Below are positions 53,528-64,000 of a DNA stretch of 64,000 nt, in pieces. Every line of letters begins with the position of its first letter. The first letter of the stretch is position 1. Under the pieces are notes generated by a model. It did not search any database. It was not told where the DNA came from and worked only from the letters and a program-made list of their open reading frames with translations. The stretch is from assembly GCF_006345805.1 (NCBI RefSeq), contig NC_043008.1, forward strand, positions 30,380,001 through 30,444,000. Reading direction: 5' to 3'. This DNA is from Octopus sinensis (lineage: Eukaryota). Position numbers and translations under genes: made by a program.

Positions 53528-55050
53528 ATCTTCCACTGAGGATGGAACCTGTTTCCAACAAAGACACAAGGCTCCATCATTGGGATGTAGTTAATACTGA
53601 AAAATCACATTTGGAACTTGAGAAAAGTCTTGCATATTTTTGCTGCTCCACACACAGATTGCACTTGAAATGTACGAATTAGCCGGTCTATTTCTCTTTC
53701 TGAATATCCCAGTTTATCCGGATTCTCCTTTAAGCGTTTACTAAGAAAACCTAGTGTTCCAATTATTATTGGTATGAATATGAATTCATAGTCCGGATAT
53801 AGAAGCTGGAGGTTTCGAAACAGTTGTGTATAGATATCCTCTTTTTCTTTGATTTTCAAAGAGATATTTATATCTGTAGGGCAGCTGACCTCTATGATGT
53901 TACATACCTTTGCCCATCTATCCCAAACAATATCTGACCTATTATGTTTACATTTAAAAGAAGTTTTGATGGGAATATTACACCAGTATTCTTTGAGTTG
54001 ATGTTTATGAATCTATTCTATAGCAGAGGGATTTTCTATCTGCGTGTGCCATTGTAAATTGTTTTAGCGACAACATCGTACCACATAAGGAGGTAGTATC
54101 GCGACGACATTTTCGGACAGCTGCTAATCACATGCATGATGTCTTTCACAGAAACTTGACATAGCCTACACATGTGATTGCACCTTGAGATTGCAAGAGC
54201 GTCACTGTATCTCTTGCTCAATAGGTACTTTGTGGCAATTTCCTGTTCCTGGATTGTAAACGTATAGCCTTCAAAGTGTGATGAGATGTAGTGGTCTTGT
54301 GTCCAAGAGAGGCTGCGCATCACGTCTATTTTACTCTCTTCTTCAGGTTTCCGAGAAACATACCCATGCGTAGTCTTTTTTTTTGTATGCTGAATGCTTT
54401 CCATGCAGGTCCGTTCTGAGGTAAGAGAGCCCAGCTGTTTGGGGGCTGTATAGATCATCAGGAAGAGAGTGCTTCTTGAGGAGCTCACTGCCAAGTTGTA
54501 CAATGTTGCTCGCTTCACTTTTCAGCACTGCATTTATATATTTATTTTTGCTACTGTTGTTCAGCAGATGCTGCGTGAGTGATACCATACGGTATTCGAA
54601 GGCCGTCTGCACTGAGCTCAGGCCTCTACCACCTTTATTTCTTCTTAGGTAGAGCTTGTCACCATCACCGTTTCTGTGATAGTTCCCGGTTGTTGTCAGG
54701 ATTTTGCGGATCTTGATATAATGGATTTGATTTCCTCTACAGACCGATCAAGTATCCCAAATGTTGGGATCAGCACTGGTACTGCAAATACATTTTGGGC
54801 TATTGTTTTGCTGTAAGAAAAGACTTCCGTATTTTCTTAAGTCTGGTGTAATATTCTCAGGTCATCTATCTTTATTCACAGTGCCTTCATATAAAACCTA
54901 TGTCTAGGTAACTGTGACATTCTTTTTGTGGAAGGGGGGAAATAGAGAGACAATCTATGCGTAGGTTTTATTTTTGGGGGACTAACTTTCCTCGTTCTAT
55001 AACCAAATATGAACATTTCTTATGACCAAATTCCATGCCTATATCAGCTG
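53528..55050 (-). mobile_element. Degenerate 5'-truncated R4/Dong-like LINE (third subfamily)
   Basis: FEGYTFTIQEQEIATK, CRLCQVSVKDIMHVISSC (CCHC finger) and FIPIIIGTLG..CGAAKICKTFL; frameshifted. Confidence 0.85.
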
Positions 55051-55479
55051 TATGTATGTATGTACGTATGTACGGAGAGATAGAAGGATGAACGGACGAA
55101 GTGCCACTGAGCATTTTCTTGCCGTTCTAAAGCTTCTGCCAAGTTGCTGCCTTACATAGCTTAATTGATAAAACCAGTTTTTATTAGTTTCATTTCAACT
55201 GATAATTATCTACGTTTATAATACTACCAAAAATACTCTAAAATATTCATTACTTTTGTATCAAGGAAATAACATTTTTCAAAACAGCAAATTTGAATTC
55301 TATCAATCACTCTTTATCGGAAATACTAGATGAACATAGGACTAAAATACATTATAGATCGTTTGAGTGAACTAAGTATTACAAAAATGATTTTCAATTT
55401 GCTAGAAACATTGTAATGAGTAAATTATATATTCTTAAGGAGTCCTATAAGCAGTGCACGTTAGAAGTGAGGCAAAATT

Positions 55480-57330
55480 TGTAAGGTAATGTCAATGAAA
55501 TTTTTTTGTTTGTTCTTCCTTTTTTTGGAAATGTGTAGTTTAAATGTCTCGATCGGTTGCTTTGCTACATCAATTATGTATGCGGGCAAATTAATTGTGT
55601 GTGTTGCTGTGGTACGTAGTGTGGGGAAGAGATGATTTAAAGTGTACGAACAAGTTTCCGAAGGCCGATTCTTGTTTAGTCGTTTGGTGATATCAACATT
55701 TTACTGAAATACAAAGCCAAGTAGGGTAAGATCTCATGTTTCGTCGGTGTGTCCAATAGCAAAATCTATGCGTTCGCCAACACTGTTGAATGAGTCAAGG
55801 ATCGAGTTAACTTCTATGCGAGATTGTGTGAGTATGAATATATTATTGACGTACCTTGTAAGGCTTTTGAAGTCATTCATCTTTGTTAAGACAAGCACTG
55901 CTGAGCGACAGAATCCCATGAGTATTACGAAGATTTGTTTGAAGATGCAATACTTGAAATTAAATGATCGTAACAATGATGGAAAGGAGTTGGTGAATGT
56001 CTGTGGTAGTGAGACCTTAACCATGAAGATTAGAGAAGGTAGTATAGCCTATTATAGTATGGTCTAGGTCAACAGCTGCAAGGGTAGCTGCAGAGATACA
56101 GAGAGAAAGTAAATCGAGATTGAAAATATGTCTACTGTGCTTGCATGTATTCGGATGGAGTCCATTGAATCTCTGTAATGATTCAACCGAGATTTCCTAT
56201 ATGAATAGAGACGTATGTAGGAGAGTTTATTCACTATTGAACACCGAACGAAATAGGAGCTCTCCTGCAACTGGAACTTATATTTAACATTTCGGAAGGA
56301 GATATGATCACGACTGAAGAAAGGTGGCCTGCAGAGACATTTTCGTACACTTCAAATTTAATTTACCCCGTAGTACCAAGTACAATTACATACAAAAGGA
56401 ATTTGTGCATCATCCAAACTGCCCTACGTTCTTTTCCCGCTTATGGAGAAAGTTCGGATGAGTTTATACAAAGACTTCATCTGATTAAGTGCAAGCGGAG
56501 CTGGCATAATTTTAGTCTAGATGTAATTTTTCGCTACACCTATTAAATCTCACCGAGATGTTGATAACTCGAGAATTAAGGAAAGTGAAGAGGCAAAACT
56601 GGCTTTTTTAACCAGTTCAATTTACAAGTCCCTTACACACACATATTTACTTCTCTTTCTACTTATTCCTCACTCATAATCACCACACCATGCCTTAGAA
56701 AACCTAAGAGCTTATTATAACTTTTCCTTTACGAACATAGTTAATTTCTTTCTGTTAACCTGCTATGGTATGGAAGCAAACCGCAAAGTTCAGATACTGC
56801 CTAGTGATCATTCTCAACACTCTTTCACACATTTTACTAACTTATTTTTTTTCATTTTATCACCGCTTTTTTCATAAACATAGTAAATATATAAATATCT
56901 TACCTTCTCATTCAGCTATTTTCCCGTGACCTTTCACACTACTCCTTTGCACCCCCACAAAAATTCTAATTATCAGGATACCTGCTACTGACACACCACA
57001 TCAGCTGCTATTACTGATATGACTTATCTTTACTAGCCATCAACGTATATATACAGTAATCCATCATTGCTTTCCGTCACAACACACCAGAATCACCTGC
57101 CGATAATAACACTCCAATCTCTTAGATTATTTTATGTATTGTAATTGATTAAGAGATTTTCCAAACGGAGCAATCTACGTAGGGTGATAAAATATCTTCT
57201 TCGCATATGTTGCCTATCTTTACACCTGCATTGCTTAAAGGTCTTCTTAAAAATATTTATAGCATTTACTAAGAATATAGTATTTATTTTCTACGACACG
57301 TAAGTCGTTATTTCTTGACTTATTTTTTAT
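55480..57330. mobile_element. Old Penelope-like element, head-to-head arrangement
   Basis: Minus-strand RYVNNIFIL..ILDSFNS..IDF matches the PLE RT motif RYVDDIF; TTCGTACACTT(T/C)AAAT..CCCC occurs on minus (~55625-55655) and plus (~56342-56369); right end approximate. Confidence 0.55.
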
Positions 57331-57647
57331 CACCTACGTAGAAAAAGAGGTGCAGCACACATGACTGCTTTCAGCTTCCCGATGTACAGGATAAAAAGCT
57401 AACGTAGACCTCAGAATTGTCTGTTCAAGGCAATGCAGAGATAATGAAAGTAACAACGAAGAAAAGACGCAGTTTTTCTTATGTAATTCGACAATGTTTC
57501 TCTTACCAGATGTTGATCGACCCGTATTGCTCAGTATCACCAAACGATGTACTTACGAACTGAACATCATAGTCACATATCTATAATCTGCGCCCATAAC
57601 ATATCTATGCTTTTGGTAATTTATGAGTTCAATATATATTGTGTAGT

Positions 57648-57830
57648 CAGAGCGTATGTCCTAGTGGTTTAGGAGACGCAGCCCTGATTGCGTGATCGTG
57701 GTGTCAATTCTTGGAGTGCTGCTCTGTAATTTCTTCGGCACCTAACGTGTGGTACACAATGCACCTGTTAAGGCAACGTCGATTTGTTGGGGAAATGAAG
57801 TTAATGTACAGCACATACGTTTAATCTCCA
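57648..57830 (+). mobile_element. Degenerate family-C SINE
   Basis: CCTAGTGGTTTAGG A box and GTGTCAATTC B-box remnant. Confidence 0.4.
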
Positions 57831-60800
57831 TAAACCTATCGGTTTTGAGCAGGTTGTTCAACAAGAAAACGCAAAACCTTCATTCTCAGTCAACAGAAGA
57901 TTATCAAAATCATATTTTGCCAATATGTAAACCTAGTAAGAGAGATAACCCATTCTAAATACCAACAACATACAGTCTCACGCGAAAGATAGATAAATTT
58001 CTTCGTAGGAACATCAATATTCTGTCTGCAGTCATACAAATTATCCCTCAATTCCGTCACATAACATCTTGGGCAGGAATTCTCTTTAGAGAGAAATGAG
58101 TATTTACTAGTACTAATGGATAAATATATTTGAAGTACTGACAGGGGAGGGACCATTTTTAAATAACGGTGATCATTTTTTTTAAATGTAAAAAGACAGA
58201 AAACTTAAACAACAGCGTATATATATATGTGCATATACACGAGCGCCTACATACATATTTACATATGTATGAACTCACATAACAAAGTAGGAATGTGTAA
58301 CATCGATGCCTTTCATAAAATATAATTTTTGTCTCAGAAGTGTGGCGCGAAGAATCCAGTTTGTAGAAAGTATGGATCGATATCTCATTAATTTGTGTGA
58401 GACACGGTACAATACGTTGCTGTTTAATACCTGAAGAAAGTATGAAACCAGAAATTTTATATGAAATAATTTCCATACCTTACGATAAATAATCGTTACA
58501 ATCTTTATTATTATTAATAGGATTTTTTAAATAATAATTGGAGTACTCTTACATAACCTTATGTGCACTAGGAAAGTAGAGTAATTTGTTTTTATTTAAA
58601 GTATATATTTCTTAAATATTACTTGTAACGACACGAGTTGTTTTATGTTATGGAAACTATTAAAACAAAAAATACTTAACTTGTTCTAACAAATTATAAA
58701 AAAAGAAATTTCTTTACTACAAATTGATTTTTTTTTCAAAGGATCGTACAGCTTTATATTGACATAAGCTTTTCAGCATCCATTTCCTATGCCTGCCCAT
58801 TATCTTCAGTTCTTAAACCATATAATCCCCTTGCAATACTTTTTCCGGTTTCAAATAAATCCCTTCTGTCTAGTTGAGTCTTGATTACATTCTTTCATTC
58901 GTCTACTTATTTTGTTGCAAATCTAAATAGTTTTTTGTTATGTTGCGCTCTTTCACTTTCTGCAGATCAATATCTCATCAAAACGTACTGGTTTTAATAT
59001 AAGTCTTATTGATTGCGTACGTAAAACGTCCTTCTACTCAGAAATAATAAGATTGCCTTTCGAATTTTCTATAGCACAAAAAGAAACTCATGAGAACTTT
59101 TAAAACTGTATTTGCTAGTCATTATCAAAGTTACTATCGTCCCGATTTCAAAATCAGCTACTTTTTATTTTTTACATTCAGTGAGTTAATTTCTTTGGGA
59201 TAAAGAGTCTCCTTCAATCTTGTTTGTTCTAATTAAATTCAAGACGTTTGGCATATATTACTTGAAATTTCCAGTTAGTAATTTGTTTTTTTCTCTTTTT
59301 TTCCTTTTTCGTCCATACGTAATAGTTGAAATTAAGAAGTTTTTTTTTATCTTTTATTCGAAAAATAATAACTTCACATTATTTGTACGTTAATTTAAGA
59401 GTGTAGAGTAGTATGTTTCTTGAAATAGTTTATTTTTGTTAAGAGATATTTCAGTTTTGAAATAGCACACATACCAGAGGAACTTATATACGACGTTAGA
59501 ATATGCAAATCCCTACTGATTTCGTTCAGCTTACAATTTATTGATTATACATCGGTTAGATTATTCTTTTGTGTTTCTAATCCCAATACAATCAAGTGTA
59601 AAATATGATTTGTTTCTCTAGCTTTTCTTCTACATGTAACCGATTACGTGTTACAACTATGTTCAGAATACAACTAGTCTGAGGAGGTGTATTATAAGCA
59701 CAGTAGAAATAAATTACAGAGTAATATGATACTTCATGCAATGAAAGTATAGGTTAATGCTGAAAATCCCGAAGCATTTCCAAGATAAATGCTCTCAGTT
59801 AAATACTGTAGATTATTATTCAAGTGCTGTGATATCATGATGCACACACCATAATCGATAACTCAAAATATTCACCCTGGTGTTAAATACCCTAAATTTG
59901 CTTAATACCAATGAATGATACCTATAAAAATTCTCAATTAAACACGATATTTCAAGCCTCTCCATGATAAATATAATCGCTCATCCCGCTATTCCCAGCG
60001 GAGTAAGCGATTAGAAAATCACAACCTATCCTCTTCTGAAAGAATGGAGAAACACTTTGAACTACGCATTTATTTATATATTTCCTGAAACAAAAAAGTA
60101 ATGGAAATGGCACAGTTGTAATTGCTTTTAATAATATGGATCTCAGCGTTTAGTCTGATCCTCCGTGAAACATTAACAAATTATTTTTCTTGGATTTCTG
60201 CATGTAAAAGCAATCCTTTATCTAACGAAATTAAAACGGTTTGTTTATCCTGTAGGATAAGTCTTGAATGGGGTGCAAATAGAGATAAAAATAGAAGCTG
60301 CATCTTCTGAATAAAGCAAGAAAAGTATATAATTCCATACTGCAATAAAAAAAAATAACTTGTATAAATCAGCGAGAGGTGCTTTACATGTTTGCTGAAT
60401 GTGCAACAGAATCTCGTTGAATCGATGACTTGAAATAGAAATTTACTCCATTTGAGCAAAGGATGAGTTTGATGACAGGTTTTGCTTGATAATTTTTAGC
60501 CTTCAACTTTCCACCAATGAGAATATATTTTATATTTAACTAATTTTAAAGACATTTTTGAATCATGAACTTAGCAATAAACATGACTGATAATACCTTC
60601 CAAATAATCTAATCTAATGCACCGTATCTGTATATGCATTGAATCCATTAAAAATACATGCTATGGTAATGTCTAGATTCGAGATGATGCCGTAGTACAT
60701 TGAGCACTCAGAGAAATGTACTCATACTCAGTGCATGTGTAAGATGACGGTATAGGCTGCTTGCTTCAAGAGGCGTGACGCTCTTCACAGCGGGCCGACA

Positions 60801-61987
60801 CTTGTGCTGCTTCATGCTTCACAAAGTACGGGGTTACATCGTAGCATATCTTCCATATTTGTGACTGGTTGTTGGCCCATGCTTTCCATATTGTTAGGTA
60901 GACTTTACAAACTTTAGAGTGGCTTTGACGACGAGTTCTGCTGACTAATTTGGATAAATTTGTGACAATTTCCAAGCCAAAGCAGACGATCTTCGATTTT
61001 GATGAATTCAATACGAGTAGTTTTGTATCGTCGTAGGATCGCTGTGTTGATATTTTATCCTTCCCAATAAAACTGCACATTCCTCCTGAAATCGTGTATT
61101 TAAAACTGTTTCCGTTCTCGAAATGCGAGTGGCATGTGATCTGCGACTCTCAATCATAAAGGAGAGCCACAGTGCAGCAGACTTCCATTTTAGTGCCCAG
61201 ACGAAAATTTCTTTCTAAACACAAGCGATACTGCAAATGTTCAAATATGCCATTGGCTTAGTCGAAACCTCTCCATAGGCCACGACATTTTGCACAGTGC
61301 TTAAACGTGCTACCAGTGCTTTAAGGCGTGGAATATTTCAGAAAAATATTCTTGTTAAACCAAAAGTGTGCAATGGAAAAAGCCTTGCTTTATATCATTG
61401 TTAAGAGGGAACGGGTCATATATATAATACCTCTTGGTAATATGACTGATCAGTCCATTTAGGATACATTTGAAATGACAATCAAACGGGTATCGGTAAG
61501 AAATCTTTGTATGGACTAGTATGATAAGTCAAATCTAAGTATGCACACACCTGTCAGTGCAAAATTTTATTCAGTCCTGTATCAATACCTTTAGAGGTGG
61601 ATCTTCTCTTAATGCAATAAACATGTAACATACACATACATACAGTTACAAACATATATATCTTATAATGAGAAATTTTATATTTGCCACAGGTTGGTTT
61701 ATAAAATCTTTTGATAATGCGAAAATCCTCTACGAAGATTTAAACTCTCTTTGAAATATTTTTGAAATCCCAAGAAGCTCTTTGAAATTTCCTTGAGAAC
61801 CCGGATATTTCTTTACGAAAAATCGGTTTATAGTTTTCCCTTCCTCTCCCTCACACTTCATCACTTCTATCGTTTGAATGCTTTCACTCAGCTTTCCTCC
61901 TCCGCTAGCACGTTAGAAAGCATGTATGCCTATTATTGTATCGTAATAACTCGCATGTTATTCTCTCGTTTTCTTCTTCTTTTATAT

Positions 61988-61988
61988 C

Positions 61989-62030
<42 letters not shown>

Positions 62031-62082
62031 GTCGTCGTCGTCGTCGTCGTCGTCATCATCATTTCCATCGTCATCATCACCA
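61988..62082. repeat. (CAT)n(CGT)n compound trinucleotide microsatellite
   Basis: Direct reading. Confidence 0.95.
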
Positions 62083-62672
62083 CCTCATCATCATATTCTT
62101 CTTTTTCTTCTTCTCTTCCTTCTCCTTCTCATCCACCTTCCTCAGTTGCAATCTTACTCATACTTTCATGCATCACTTCTCGATTCCCTTTTATCTAAAA
62201 AAAAATTATAACCAGGTTTTCGCTTACATCATGTGCTTCAATAAACGCGTTTATCTACATGTGTATATATTGCGTATGCATATTGTTTGTCAACATCTGT
62301 ATGTAAATCTGTGTCTCTATGAATGACTGGTTTTAGTTGCTTTTGCAGTGAGTGATATGTCAATTTTTCTCAGATCAACCATAATAAAGGAATGCTTTGA
62401 TCAAAGGCTATTTATCTGTAACCTTTATTCAGGTATCTTTTCTATGGTACAACATAATCCAATAAGGACCATCGATTTTTAAAAGGCAGTATGGGTGATT
62501 TGGAAGATATTTGTAGGTGGTTGATTGACCTCGCTGGTTCGCATTACTATCCACCTGTATATGAGAGACATTTTGTGTGATTTCTTCATTGTAATAGTTT
62601 ATTTACCCTACTCAGTAGCATATTTCCAAAGAAAATACGTTAAAAATACTTTGTGCATTGATATATATGTAA

Positions 62673-62821
<149 letters not shown>

Positions 62822-63324
62822 CAAATCAGACCTTCATATGTAGATAAATGTTTCTATGTACCTGAATGTGTATGGACGTCTGTATGTTTAACGATGTGTG
62901 CTTCTAATATTTGTGAGTTCATAAATGCATGCGTATCTATGCTTTCTACATATATTTATATCTTATGTTATACAGACATCTACATCTTATGTATATTATT
63001 TTACATTTGAGGAGACTTTATTCTAAAGTGCAATTGCCCATTTTTAATAAAGTTTATTTCATTATACTTAGCCTAAATCTCCGTCTAAAAATTCTGCCCT
63101 CATCGGTAACTACTCCAGTTGTATGATTAATGGTGACATAAACTTGTAACAATGTGATATTCCAGAGTGTAACTAATCACCCACACACACACATGTATAT
63201 ATATGCTTATATGTATCAATATATATATATATACACACATACACACATATATATGTGAGTATACATATATACATATATATACTTATATATATACATACAT
63301 ATAAATACATATATATATATAATT

Positions 63325-63707
63325 ATAATAAAGGGTTATTTGCAACAAGTTGCTTAAACCACATATCGAAAATATTAGAAATAGCAGCCATATAGGTTAC
63401 CATTACTATTACTACAAAAATAAGTCTCCACAAACAACAGTATTTGTAACCCGTATATGGTAAAGAGAACGGTTACAAATACTGTTGTTTGTGGATACTT
63501 ATGTTTGTAGTAATAGTAATGGTAACCTATTTGGCTGCTATTTCTAATATTTTCGGTATGTGGTTTAAGCAACTTGTTGCAAATAACCCTTTATTATTAT
63601 TATATATAATTTTTACCGAATATGGTCCTTTCCATACCGAAAAACTACTAGGTGAAATTTACTAATTTTATTAAATTAACTATATTTCACCCTTTATATG
63701 TATCGAA
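63325..63707. mobile_element. Foldback element: 127-bp arms, 19-nt spacer, 110-nt unpaired extension
   Basis: 63325-63451 pairs with 63471-63597 (4 mismatches); the extension has the hairpin GGTGAAAT/ATTTCACC (63651-63691); (TA)n flanks. Confidence 0.85.
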
Positions 63708-64000
63708 TATATATATATATATTCACATATATAACTATATATTATACACTCATACACACATACCCACATACACAAACAAACACACATACTCATGCACGCA
63801 CACTCTCTCACACACACACATATGCGAGTGTGTGTAAGAGGGAGGGATGTGAGTATGTGTGTATGTACATGTGTTTATACGTGCTTGACTGTGTGTATGT
63901 GCTTGTATTTAATTACGTATGTATGTTTCTCTTTGTGTACTTTATATGGATATCTGAAAACTCATCAATAATTTATTCTGCACAAAACTAAAAGAAGTGA

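Noticed and set aside
53530-53560. CTGAGGA followed by hairpin TGGAA/TTCCA as a hammerhead
   Set aside because: No GAAA after the hairpin and no stem I or III.

Overview
Eukaryotic, AT-rich, microsatellite-dense DNA, most likely from an octopus (inferred from the SINE families and repeat landscape; not verified by search). Only one host exon is recognisable in 64 kb: 11308-11512 (+), the C-terminal half of an Ig domain resembling Dpr/ZIG-8, so the rest is probably giant intron. The intron holds tRNA-derived SINEs (three families, over 20 copies), three R4/Dong-like LINEs, CR1-group LINEs, mariner remnants and several Penelope-like elements (PLEs). The most notable signal is a set of elements embedded in (TA)n microsatellites. 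Four are foldbacks with the layout (TA)n / hairpin-containing extension / arm / spacer / inverted arm / (TA)n, and several of these and neighbouring PLE-like ends carry complete or partial type I hammerhead ribozymes with palindromic stem III. The best example has a perfect 164-bp inverted repeat whose hammerhead has an enlarged (~60 nt) stem-loop II containing AATAAA. A separate GIY-YIG PLE carries a tRNA-like module just upstream of a minimal hammerhead. Nearly all short ORFs in the track are microsatellite translations.
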